Source: Nitrospirota bacterium
GTDB lineage: Bacteria; UBA2233
Direction of reading: 5' to 3'
NCBI GenBank assembly: GCA_011620345.1
Contig: WOZJ01000072.1
Coordinates: 1-47,189 of the forward strand
DNA: 47,189 nucleotides
A model generated the notes under the pieces. The model worked only from the letters and a program-made list of their open reading frames with translations, was not told the DNA's origin and did no database searches. A program made the position numbers and the translations under genes. How positions within the stretch are numbered: the first letter of the stretch is position 1; each line of letters begins with the position of its first letter. Shown one piece after another: positions 9,598 through 18,000 of this stretch.

Positions 9598-10497
9598 TTA
9601 TTGTACCTCACGGGCATGGCCTAGGGAACCCTTGTCGACAACTTCTTGGATATGGGCTTCGAAAAGCTCCATGATGGCGGCGGTGAAGGCATCCGGCCCG
9701 CAGGAGGCGTAAAGATTCCCGTCAAGTGCCTCGATTGGCCGAATGTCGTAGGATGTGGCCGTAAGGAACGATTCGTCCATCCCTAGGGCCTCTTGAAGCG
9801 TTAGGTCGGCTTCGTGGGCCTCGATGCCGTGCGCGCCGAGAAGCTCGAGGAGGGCCATCCTGGTGATCCCGGGCAGGATCTGAGGGGTGAGCTTTGGGGT
9901 AAAAACAGCTTTTTTCTTCACAAAAAAAACGTTTGCGCTGCTGGCCTCGCGTATTTCGCCCTTGGGGCCGACAAAGAGCGCCTCATCGGCCCCCAACCCC
10001 TTGGCTTCGGCCTTTGCAAGCGTGTTGGGCAAAAGGTTGGTCGTTTTGATGGAAGGAAACATCCAGCGCGGGTCAGGCCTGCTGATGACACGGACACCAC
10101 CTCGCCGCTCCTTGGGGCCATCGAAGTCGGCCTTCATGGTGTAGGCCCAAAAGGTTGGCGTGAGGTTTTGTGGCGGTACATGCTCTCTTGGGTTGCACCC
10201 TCTAGAGACTTGAAGGTAAAGAAGGCCGTCTGTAAGCGCGTTCTTTAGGACGAGCTCCAAAAGGGATGCCTTGAGCCTCTCTATCGGCAGCCCCGGAAAG
10301 GCCAAGAAGCGCATGCCATTCTTTAGCCTTTCGAGATGGCCCTCGAGGAACAGCGGCATCCCGGAGCGGACCTTGAGAACCTCGTAGAGGCTATCGCCAA
10401 ACTCCAGCGCGCGCTCATGGATGGAGACGCTAGCTAGGCTTGCGGAGACAAACGAGAAGTTCATCAAAACAAGGCCTGCCTCTAAGGGTTCTTTCAT
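9598..10497 (-). CDS. Class IV PLP aminotransferase (D-amino-acid aminotransferase-like)
   Basis: FGDSLYEV, HLERL, IKTTNLLPN (PLP lysine), EASSANVF, ILPGITR; start placed at ATG 10497. Confidence 0.88.
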   Translation of the reverse strand: MKEPLEAGLVLMNFSFVSASLASVSIHERALEFGDSLYEVLKVRSGMPLFLEGHLERLKNGMRFLAFPGLPIERLKASLLELVLKNALTDGLLYLQVSRGCNPREHVPPQNLTPTFWAYTMKADFDGPKERRGGVRVISRPDPRWMFPSIKTTNLLPNTLAKAEAKGLGADEALFVGPKGEIREASSANVFFVKKKAVFTPKLTPQILPGITRMALLELLGAHGIEAHEADLTLQEALGMDESFLTATSYDIRPIEALDGNLYASCGPDAFTAAIMELFEAHIQEVVDKGSLGHAREVQ

Positions 10498-10558
10498 GTT
10501 TGCGCTTCCAGCTAGAGCCATGGTTTTTTCGTGAAAAGTGAGCAATGGGTCGACATTT

Positions 10559-10567
10559 TGGTATAAT
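10559..10567 (+). promoter_or_regulatory. Extended -10 sigma70-type promoter upstream of rtcB
   Basis: Perfect TG-G-TATAAT, ~160 nt before the rtcB ATG. Confidence 0.55.
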
Positions 10568-10725
10568 AAACGCTTAAGAGGTTTTTTTCCAAGTCGCCTT
10601 TCTAGGATTTTTCCCGGCGATTGTCGGGTTCTGCCGGTATGTTTCCCTAACGAAGAAGTGTTCCAAACGGCAAAAAGGGCGATTTTCTTGGCTTTGGAAG
10701 AGTTCGACACGAGGCGATTGTGGCC

Positions 10726-12168
10726 ATGGTTTATGAGCCCAAGAAGGTGCGAGAAGGCGTGTACGAAATCCCTAAACAGGGGGGTATGCGCGTTCCTGGA
10801 AAAATCTTTGCAAGCCAGCGGCTCCTGTCGGCCATTCAAGGCGACCCTTGTATCCAGCAGGTGGTCAACGTCGCCACGCTTCCGGGTATCATGGGCTTCT
10901 CTATTGCCATGCCGGACATTCATTGGGGGTATGGGTTTCCTATAGGCGGCGTGGCCGCAATGGACGTGCAACATGGCGTGATCTCGCCCGGAGGGGTTGG
11001 CTATGACATCAACTGCGGCGTCAGGTTAAGCGTCGCACGCCTCACGCAGGACGAGCTCGTTCCCAGGCTCGAGGTGCTTGCCGGAGAGCTGTTCTCCGCC
11101 ATTCCTGCCGGCTTGGGCTCTTCAAAGGCGATCGAAAAATTGAGCGGCCCGAGGCTCAAGGAGCTGGTCTGCAAGGGGGCTAGGTTTGCGATCGAGGAAG
11201 GGTTCGGCGAGGCCGAGGATCTTACGTTTTGCGAGGAAGGCGGCGCGCTTAGGGGGGCAGACCCGGAATGCGTCTCTCAAAGGGCTTACGAGCGGGGTGC
11301 GAGCCAGGTTGGAACGCTAGGGTCCGGAAACCATTTCCTGGAGGTGGGGGTTGTAGAGGCGCCCTTTCAGCCTGGACTCGCAAAAGCGTTTGGTATCGAG
11401 CAAAACCAGGTGTATCTGCTCATCCATTCCGGCTCGAGAGGGTTCGGCCACCAGGTGTGCGAGGATTTCATCAAGGTGATGGATACCTCCTCCAAAAAAT
11501 ACGGCATTTCGCTGCCAGATAGGCAGCTTTGCTGCGCCCCGATTCTCTCGGAGGAGGGGCAGCATTACTTAGGGGCCATGGCTGCGGCGGCCAATTTCGC
11601 CTGGGCCAACAGGCAGGTCATGCTCGCGCTTTCCCGTAAGGCGTTTGCACGCGCGTTTGGGGTGTCTCAAGAAGCGCTCGGTATCCGGCTGGTTTACGAC
11701 GTCTCCCACAACATTGCCAGGGTTGAGGAGCATACGTTCAACGGACAAAAGAAGCGTGTTTGCGTGCACAGGAAGGGTGCGACCCGGAGTTTCCCCAAAG
11801 GACATCCGCTCGTTCCGGAGGCCTACGCGCACATAGGGCAGCCTGTCATCGTTCCTGGGGATATGGGCCGGTATTCTTACGTGCTCGTTGGGACGGAGCT
11901 GGCCCTTACGGAAACGTTCGGCTCGAGCGCGCACGGGGCAGGCAGGCTGTTGTCCAGGCATAGCGCTCTCAAGAAGGCCAAGGGACGCAGTATCGTACAA
12001 GAGCTCAAGCAGAAGGGTATCTTGGTGATGGCCAGGGACGCTCGGACCATCGCAGAGGAGATGAGCGAGGCCTACAAGGATGTCGAGGATGTCGTGGAGG
12101 CCCTGGAGATTGCCGGCCTCGCGATGAAGGTCGTCCGCTTGCGCCCGCTCCTCGTTCTGAAAGGTTAA
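10726..12168 (+). CDS. rtcB: RtcB RNA ligase (long, archaeal/eukaryote-like type)
   Basis: MPDIHWGYGFPIGGV, GVGYDINCGVR, GTLGSGNHFLE, HSGSRGFGH, HRKGAT, HGAGR, AYKDV. Confidence 0.97.
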   Translation: MVYEPKKVREGVYEIPKQGGMRVPGKIFASQRLLSAIQGDPCIQQVVNVATLPGIMGFSIAMPDIHWGYGFPIGGVAAMDVQHGVISPGGVGYDINCGVRLSVARLTQDELVPRLEVLAGELFSAIPAGLGSSKAIEKLSGPRLKELVCKGARFAIEEGFGEAEDLTFCEEGGALRGADPECVSQRAYERGASQVGTLGSGNHFLEVGVVEAPFQPGLAKAFGIEQNQVYLLIHSGSRGFGHQVCEDFIKVMDTSSKKYGISLPDRQLCCAPILSEEGQHYLGAMAAAANFAWANRQVMLALSRKAFARAFGVSQEALGIRLVYDVSHNIARVEEHTFNGQKKRVCVHRKGATRSFPKGHPLVPEAYAHIGQPVIVPGDMGRYSYVLVGTELALTETFGSSAHGAGRLLSRHSALKKAKGRSIVQELKQKGILVMARDARTIAEEMSEAYKDVEDVVEALEIAGLAMKVVRLRPLLVLKG

Positions 12169-12181
12169 AGGAGGGCAAGGT

Positions 12182-13138
12182 TTGAAGGAAGAGAAGGAAA
12201 AGAACGCCAAACAAGCAAGGAAACCGCCTGAAAGAATGTTGCCCGAAAAGGTTGCCGGAGTTCCGAAGGCGGCCGAAGGGCTTGTTCGTTACGACGCCTT
12301 CCGTGCCTACCTTCAAGAAATTCGGGGCTTTCCCGTGCTTTCCAGGCAAGAGGAGCACCAGCTTGCCGTGTGCTACAAGGAACAAGGCGACATGGATGCC
12401 GCCTACAAGCTGATCACGTCGAACCTGAGGCTTGTCGTGGCGATTGCGCTCAAATTCTACGGAACGATCCACAATATTTTGGATTTGATCCAGGAGGGCA
12501 ACATCGGGCTCATGCAGGCGGTAAAGCAGTTTGACCCCTACAGGGGGGCCAAGCTCTCTTCGTACGCCGTCTGGTGGATTCGGGCCTATATCCTTAGGTA
12601 CTTGATAAACAACGCCAAAATGGTCAAAATCGGAACGACGGAGACCCAAAGGAAGCTTTTTTTCAGGCTAAACAAGGAGCACGAGCGTCTCATGAAAGAG
12701 GGGTTCAACCCAGGGGCGAAGGTTCTTGCGCAGAGGCTTGATGTCAAAGAAGAAGACGTCCAGGAGATGGCCAAAAGGCTTATGGCGCCCGATTTGTCGC
12801 TAGATTACGTATACGGCGAAGAATCGAGCCAGACCTTGGCCGATAGGATCGGCGTTGAAGACAATATCGCCGAACGGGTTTCCGATGATGAGCTCAAGAG
12901 CAAAAGGCTAGCGAAGCTCGAGGAGGTGAAGGAGCGGTTCAAGACGGCATTAAACCCAAAAGAGCGTACTATTTATGAAAAACGTTTGTTTGCATTAGAG
13001 CCCGCAACGCTGCAAGAGTTAGGTCAAGAGCTCGGCATCACTAGGGAACGCGTCCGTCAGCTCGAGTCCGGCATTCTAAAAAAATTCAAGCAAGAACTTA
13101 GTAATGACGACGACTTATTCGGGGGCGGGACGGCTTGA
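12182..13138 (+). CDS. rpoH: RNA polymerase sigma-32 (RpoH) family factor
   Basis: SNLRLVV, DLIQEGNIGLM, YAVWWIRAYI, RpoH box TQRKLFF, ITRERVRQLE; TTG start after GGAGG. Could be one of several RpoH paralogues. Confidence 0.88.
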   Translation: MKEEKEKNAKQARKPPERMLPEKVAGVPKAAEGLVRYDAFRAYLQEIRGFPVLSRQEEHQLAVCYKEQGDMDAAYKLITSNLRLVVAIALKFYGTIHNILDLIQEGNIGLMQAVKQFDPYRGAKLSSYAVWWIRAYILRYLINNAKMVKIGTTETQRKLFFRLNKEHERLMKEGFNPGAKVLAQRLDVKEEDVQEMAKRLMAPDLSLDYVYGEESSQTLADRIGVEDNIAERVSDDELKSKRLAKLEEVKERFKTALNPKERTIYEKRLFALEPATLQELGQELGITRERVRQLESGILKKFKQELSNDDDLFGGGTA

Positions 13139-13773
13139 GGGTTTTTGCCGAGCAGGTTTCCGTTAATCCTCTACAGTGTCAGGCCTACCAGGTCGAGATT
13201 GCGGGCCGGATCGGGGGCACAAGAGACGTTCACATCCTGTTTCCCGAGCACGACCCATGCGTGACGCTTGGACGCCATACGCCCGAAGCCGAAGTTCTCG
13301 CGCTTGATCGGGCCCGCCAAGAAGCGGGCTCGATTGAAGTTTTCCGGCTGGTCCGCGGCGGAGGGGCTACCTACCACGGGCCAGGCCAGCTTATTGCCTA
13401 TATTCTTGCGGACTTAAGAACCTGGAACGTCTCTATCCCTGAATACATCCATACGCTTGAAGAGGCTATGATCGCGCTTTTGCTGCGTCTTGGGGCTAGA
13501 GGGGATCGATCGAAAGGTAGGCCCGGGGTGTTTCTCAAAGAGGCCAAAGTCGGCTTTGTCGGGGTTGGAGTCCATCACGGCGTTTCTTTGCACGGCGTGA
13601 GCCTGAATATCGGGCCCGCGACGCTCGAGGGGTTTCAATGGATCGTTCCATGCGGAATGCCGGGGCTTCCCATAGGCCAGCTGTCCGACCATGGGCCTGT
13701 ACCCGGCATTGCAGAGGTGCAAGGGCTTTTCCTGGATGAATTTCAAGAGGTTTGGAGGGGATGGGAGCGTTAA
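13135..13773 (+). CDS. lipB: Lipoyl(octanoyl) transferase
   Basis: EH.PCVTLGR, RGGGATYHGPGQL, HGVSLN, IVPCG. Confidence 0.92.
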   Translation: MRVFAEQVSVNPLQCQAYQVEIAGRIGGTRDVHILFPEHDPCVTLGRHTPEAEVLALDRARQEAGSIEVFRLVRGGGATYHGPGQLIAYILADLRTWNVSIPEYIHTLEEAMIALLLRLGARGDRSKGRPGVFLKEAKVGFVGVGVHHGVSLHGVSLNIGPATLEGFQWIVPCGMPGLPIGQLSDHGPVPGIAEVQGLFLDEFQEVWRGWER

Positions 13774-14558
13774 GGCAGAGGGCCTGCTACCTGCGGGCAA
13801 TCGAAGACGGGCTTTCTATGGAGATAGAGGGGATCCCCGAAGAGTCCCTCAAGGAGGCGATGGCCTACGCGCTGTTTCCAGGAGGGAAGCGCTTGAGGCC
13901 GCTCATGATACTTGTCTATACAGACCTTGGAGGGGCCTTGGAGCGAGGGCTTGGGTTTGCCCTGGCGATCGAGCTCTTGCACACCTACACGCTCATCCAC
14001 GACGACCTCCCCGCGTTGGACAATGCCGACACGAGGCGGGGAAAGCCGGCGTTGCACAAGAGGTTTTCGGAATCGAGCGCGATTCTTGCGGGCGACGGCC
14101 TCCTCCCCTTGGCGTTTCGGACGCTTTGCGAGCATTACCGGGACGAACCTGGAGCCTTGTCGGCGCTATCGCTCCTTTTGGCCGAGACGCTCGGGCCTAC
14201 CGGGCTGGTGCTGGGCCAGTACCTCGATTTGAACGCCTCAAAGCCATGGAAGATGGGAACGCGAGAGCGGATAGCGACGCTCAAGACAGGGCTGTTGTTT
14301 CGTGCCTGCCTTGAAGGGGCCAGCATTGTGCTTGGGTACCCGCCGGAAACGCGGACCCTCCTCGCGCAAACGGGGGAAAGTTTCGGCCTGGCCTTTCAGC
14401 TTGTCGATGACCTAAAAGACGAAGAAGACCTCGAATTGGAGGACAAAAAGGCGATTGTCCGCCGTGTGGTCGCGCTTGAAGGAGAGCTAAGGAAGCTTCT
14501 TGGGAAAGTGCCGAACGGAAACGAGCTTGGGGCGGTACTGTTTCAAGCCCTGGAGTAG
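13761..14558 (+). CDS. ispA: Polyprenyl diphosphate synthase (IspA-like)
   Basis: GGKRLRP, ELLHTYTLIHDDLPALD..RRGKP, AILAGD, GQYLDL, KTG, FQLVDD. Confidence 0.85.
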   Translation: MGALRQRACYLRAIEDGLSMEIEGIPEESLKEAMAYALFPGGKRLRPLMILVYTDLGGALERGLGFALAIELLHTYTLIHDDLPALDNADTRRGKPALHKRFSESSAILAGDGLLPLAFRTLCEHYRDEPGALSALSLLLAETLGPTGLVLGQYLDLNASKPWKMGTRERIATLKTGLLFRACLEGASIVLGYPPETRTLLAQTGESFGLAFQLVDDLKDEEDLELEDKKAIVRRVVALEGELRKLLGKVPNGNELGAVLFQALE

Positions 14559-14590
14559 GGGCCTCATGCCAAAGGCATGAGGCCCCTTAA
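14558..14590 (+). terminator. GC-rich hairpin directly after ispA stop
   Basis: GGGGCCTCATGCC-AAA-GGCATGAGGCCCC, 13-bp perfect stem, short T tail. Confidence 0.6.
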
Positions 14591-14764
14591 GCCTATTGTG
14601 CCGGCCGAGATCTAGGGAATTGGAACTAGGATGCCCAAGGGGCGCGTGGCCGATTCATCCATGGGGGGGTTGCCATCGCCTATGTAAGTCCTATCTACCC
14701 ATTCTACCCGGAAGAAACTCCGAAGCCCTTGCCCGCAGGGTGGCCAAGGAGATGGAGGGGATAT

Positions 14765-15382
14765 TTAGCGGGGCCAAGGGTCTCCATACCGCCCTTTGAG
14801 GGTCTCGTAAAGCGTTTCGATTTGAGGCTGGAGCGCATGAAAAGGCCCCGTATTATCGAGAACAAAATCTGCCAGCCTGCGCTTCTCTTCGATGTCTTTT
14901 TGCGCCTCAAGCAGTCCAAGCGCGTCTTCCAAGGCCATTTTATCCCTCATGATTAGCCGCTCCACCTGAACCGAACGAGGACAATATACAACAATCACGG
15001 GAGAAAGCACTTTCTCGAGCCCTGTTTCAAACAGCAAGGGGACTTCAAACAGGAGCCACCTTGCCCCTTTCCGCTCAAATTTTTCCATCTTCTTAAGGCC
15101 TAGCCGCAGAACCTCAGGGTGAACGATGGCCTCGATCTGCTTTTTGGCCTGTGGATCGCTAACGAGCAGTTCCCGGAGTTTTCGGCGATCGATGCAGCTG
15201 GAATCCGTAAGAATGCCGCTTCCGAACGCCTCGACCAGCCTGTCGTATGCCCCCTGGGAAGGCTCAATGGCCAGGTGAGCCAAGCCATCCGCATCGAGCA
15301 CGGGCACGCCAAGCGCTTCAAAGCCTTTGGCAACGGTGCTCTTTCCCGTAGCCACGCCCCCCGTAAGGCCGATCACGACCAT
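14765..15382 (-). CDS. coaE: Dephospho-CoA kinase
   Basis: IGLTGGVATGKS P-loop, DAD, IDR..L, IVHP, EVPLLFE, ADFVLDN. Confidence 0.96.
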   Translation of the reverse strand: MVVIGLTGGVATGKSTVAKGFEALGVPVLDADGLAHLAIEPSQGAYDRLVEAFGSGILTDSSCIDRRKLRELLVSDPQAKKQIEAIVHPEVLRLGLKKMEKFERKGARWLLFEVPLLFETGLEKVLSPVIVVYCPRSVQVERLIMRDKMALEDALGLLEAQKDIEEKRRLADFVLDNTGPFHALQPQIETLYETLKGRYGDPWPR

Positions 15383-15445
15383 CGCAACGCACCTCCTTCA
15401 CCCTAAAAGGGAGAATTCCCCCAGAACGTAATTTCTAAAAAACGC

Positions 15446-15475
15446 TTGACATGCCTTTTTGACGTGTGTTAAAAG
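15446..15475 (+). promoter_or_regulatory. Putative sigma70 promoter for the SCP2 gene
   Basis: TTGACA at 15446-15451, 18-nt spacer, TG-T-TAAAAG (imperfect -10). Confidence 0.45.
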
Positions 15476-15491
15476 CTATATTGGCGCTCAA

Positions 15492-15509
15492 TGAATGATC
15501 GATCATTCC
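15492..15509. promoter_or_regulatory. Palindromic operator resembling the TetR-family FadR box
   Basis: TGAATGA-TCGA-TCATTCC containing the perfect 16-bp palindrome GAATGATCGATCATTC. Confidence 0.6.
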
Positions 15510-15554
15510 TTGAGGCCGCCCGCATCATAAACATTTTTCCAGAAGGAGGTCTGT

Positions 15555-15878
15555 ATGGCAACGCCCAAGGAAATTTTTGAAGGGAAGATCAAGGAGCGTA
15601 TTTCCGGGGATCCAGAGAAGTCCAAATCGATCGGCGCCGTTTACAAGTTCAACGTGACCGGCGACAACGGGGGCACCTGGGTGATCAACCTTAAAGACAA
15701 CCCCGGCGTATCCGAAGGGGATGCCCCGGCTGACTGCACGATCACGGTTGGAAGCCAGGATTTCGTTGACATCGTTTCGGGAAAACTCAGCGCGCAAATG
15801 GCCTTCATGCAAGGCAAGCTCAAAATTGCCGGCAACATGGGGCTTGCCATGAAGCTTGGCCAGGTGCTCGGAGGCTAG
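15555..15878 (+). CDS. SCP2 sterol/lipid-binding domain protein
   Basis: YKFNVTGDNGGTW, ADCTITV, AFMQGKLKIAGNMGLAMKL; AAGGAGG RBS. Confidence 0.92.
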   Translation: MATPKEIFEGKIKERISGDPEKSKSIGAVYKFNVTGDNGGTWVINLKDNPGVSEGDAPADCTITVGSQDFVDIVSGKLSAQMAFMQGKLKIAGNMGLAMKLGQVLGG

Positions 15879-15900
15879 GCATCCTTTTTCACATCGTTCC

Positions 15901-15937
15901 TAAAAAAAGGGGGAGGCATGGCTTCCCCCTTTTTTTA
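15901..15937. terminator. Bidirectional intrinsic terminator
   Basis: A7-GGGGGAGGC-ATG-GCTTCCCCC-T7 between convergent SCP2 and GGDEF genes. Confidence 0.88.
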
Positions 15938-17581
15938 TTCGTAGAACGTAACCTTGTTTCTTCCGCCGTTCTTTGCGCGGTAAAGCGCCTCGTCGGCATG
16001 CTCGATGAGGACATCGCGCGTGGTCCCATGCTCAGGGAATACTGCCACGCCAACGCTGATGGTCACATGGAGCGTTTGAAACCCAGCCCTCAATTCCATG
16101 CCCTCGACCCTTTGGCGAAGCCTGTCGGCCACGATCCTCGCCCCGTCGTCTTTGGTATCGGTAAAGATCACTACGAACTCTTCCCCCCCGTACCGGGCAA
16201 CGACGTCGTTGATTCGAAGGCTGTCTTTTAGGCTACCCGCCACCTGCCTGAGAACCACGTCGCCTACCTCATGCCCGTAGGTGTCGTTGAACTTCTTGAA
16301 GTGGTCGATGTCGACGATGGCTAGGGCGAAGGGGGCCTGCGTGCGCTTGGACCTCGCAAGCTGCTTCTGGAGCAGCTCTTCGAACGTCCGTCGGTTGTAG
16401 AGGTTGGTCAGCGTGTCGTACGTCGCGTACCACTCCGTTTTCTTGAACAACCGGATGTTCTCGAACGTGGCGCTGAACTGTCGGGTCAAAACGTAAAAAA
16501 GGTTCAGAAAGTCCTGCGAGAGGACTTCCATACGGTCCGAATACATAAACCCTATCCCTAGGCGTCTATCCTGGGCCGTCATCGGGTGGGCAATGAAAGT
16601 GTCGAACGGCCCTTCCTGGGTTTCGCCCGCCTCCTTGGACAAAAAATCTTTCCGAACCTCGATTGAAAGGTCGCTCTCAAGCAGGAAGCGTGATTTGGAG
16701 ATCCTGTTGATTTCTTTTAAAAGGTGATTTGCGATCTTTCCGGTATTTGCCTCCATCGCAGAATGGAAGGGGTAGAGAATGCACCGGAAAGGCGCTCCGT
16801 TTGAGAACGAGGCATCCCCAAGCTCGAGGTAACCCCATGCCTGGGGGTTAAAAATTTCCCGGATGCTGGAGGCGAACTCTTTGGTAAGGTCTTCGATCTC
16901 GATGATTTGGCTGATCCGCTGCGAGGCTTCCTGGGCGATCTCAAGCGTAATGATCAAACGTTCCCGCTCTTCGAGCTGCTGATCCAAATCGAGCGTCAGC
17001 TTTTGGGTCTCGCTTAGAAGCCTTAGGTTCTCCAGGTACGACCCCAGCGTGGATGCGAACAGCTGGAACAGGTTGGCGTAGTCCTTGGAGTATTCCTGAA
17101 CGAACGAAGAGACGATGAATGCAAGGCCCGATTGGACTCCTCTAAGATGGATGGGGCAGACGTTCCATGCCATGATGGGGCCGGCTGGCTCCTTCTCCGT
17201 GCGCGGCTCTGTTTCCCAAAGAAAATCTTTTAATACTTCAATCCCGTCAAAAGGCGGAACCTTCTCCAACGTCCGGCCCAACGTTTCACGGACATGTTCT
17301 TCAAGATTGTCCTGGGCAAAAACACTCGGGTTGAACACAAACAGCCGCATCCGCTTGTCTTCGAAGGCCTCGGCATAGATGCCGAACGCGCAAGGATTGA
17401 AAAGGTCGATGATGTGCCGTGCGGCCTCTTTGACGAGCGTTTCTTGATCAGTGACGAGGGAAAGCTGGCTGCTTGACTCGGCCAGCTCTTCTAAGCAGAT
17501 GACGAGCCGTTCCATTTCCGCAAGCTGGGCATCTAGTTCTGCAATGTCGATGCCTACGACTCCTTGTCCCTCGTCATCCAT
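15935..17581 (-). CDS. Diguanylate cyclase with two GAF-like domains
   Basis: DTLTNLYNRR, DIDHFKKFNDTYGHEVGD, RxxD I-site (RIND) then RYGGEEF, ALYRAK.GRN; ATG 17581 with GAGG RBS. Confidence 0.92.
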   Translation of the reverse strand: MDDEGQGVVGIDIAELDAQLAEMERLVICLEELAESSSQLSLVTDQETLVKEAARHIIDLFNPCAFGIYAEAFEDKRMRLFVFNPSVFAQDNLEEHVRETLGRTLEKVPPFDGIEVLKDFLWETEPRTEKEPAGPIMAWNVCPIHLRGVQSGLAFIVSSFVQEYSKDYANLFQLFASTLGSYLENLRLLSETQKLTLDLDQQLEERERLIITLEIAQEASQRISQIIEIEDLTKEFASSIREIFNPQAWGYLELGDASFSNGAPFRCILYPFHSAMEANTGKIANHLLKEINRISKSRFLLESDLSIEVRKDFLSKEAGETQEGPFDTFIAHPMTAQDRRLGIGFMYSDRMEVLSQDFLNLFYVLTRQFSATFENIRLFKKTEWYATYDTLTNLYNRRTFEELLQKQLARSKRTQAPFALAIVDIDHFKKFNDTYGHEVGDVVLRQVAGSLKDSLRINDVVARYGGEEFVVIFTDTKDDGARIVADRLRQRVEGMELRAGFQTLHVTISVGVAVFPEHGTTRDVLIEHADEALYRAKNGGRNKVTFYE

Positions 17582-17688
17582 GGACGCTACCTCGTGGCAG
17601 TTTGAGGATTTATGAGCGATAAAGCCCACTTCAAGGTTGAGACGCTCATATGGCTCATATGGTAAGGCAAGCGGTTCAAATATCGCAT

Positions 17689-17764
<76 letters not shown>

Positions 17765-17776
17765 ACGTGAAAGAAA

Positions 17777-17806
17777 AGGTTAGCACAGACGGCGATCTGA
17801 ACTCAA
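17777..17806 (-). promoter_or_regulatory. Putative promoter of tRNA-Ala
   Basis: Minus strand TTGAGT-18 nt-TAACCT with TG extension (GTGCTAACCT). Confidence 0.5.
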
Positions 17807-17820
17807 TGCTTGTTTAGACT

Positions 17821-17850
17821 TTCAAGCCCGGCACGAGTTTGTGCTATGAT
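17821..17850 (+). promoter_or_regulatory. Putative promoter of tRNA-Ser/ffs/dnaX unit
   Basis: TTCAAG-18 nt-TATGAT with TG extension. Confidence 0.5.
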
Positions 17851-17877
17851 AATCACTCGGATGGGAACAAGGGCGGT

Positions 17878-17971
17878 GGAGAGGTACCGAAGTGGCCGTA
17901 CCGGGGTCGACTCGAAATCGACTTGAGGGCGACGAGCCCTCACGTGGGTTCGAATCCCACCCTCTCCGCCA
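17878..17971 (+). tRNA. tRNA-Ser(CGA)
   Basis: GGAGAGG acceptor, anticodon arm GTCGA-CTCGAAA-TCGAC, long variable arm, GGTTCGAATCC, GCCA end. Confidence 0.96.
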
Positions 17972-18000
17972 TTATACGTCTTTACGAAACCAAGCCTTAC

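Noticed and set aside
10558..10574. GG-N10-GC sigma-54 reading of the rtcB promoter
   Set aside because: Lacks CAC and TTGC context; a perfect TGnTATAAT is the simpler reading
10498..10974. Long N-terminal extension of the aminotransferase ORF
   Set aside because: Runs antisense through the rtcB start and leader; family similarity begins after 10497
14640..14685. Minus-strand ATAGGCGATGG resembling the start of a fluoride riboswitch
   Set aside because: Lacks the paired TCGCC and the downstream pseudoknot strand; no downstream target gene
17829..17846. Sigma-54-like GGCACG...TGC upstream of tRNA-Ser
   Set aside because: GG-to-GC spacing is 11 nt rather than 10; better explained as an extended -10 element
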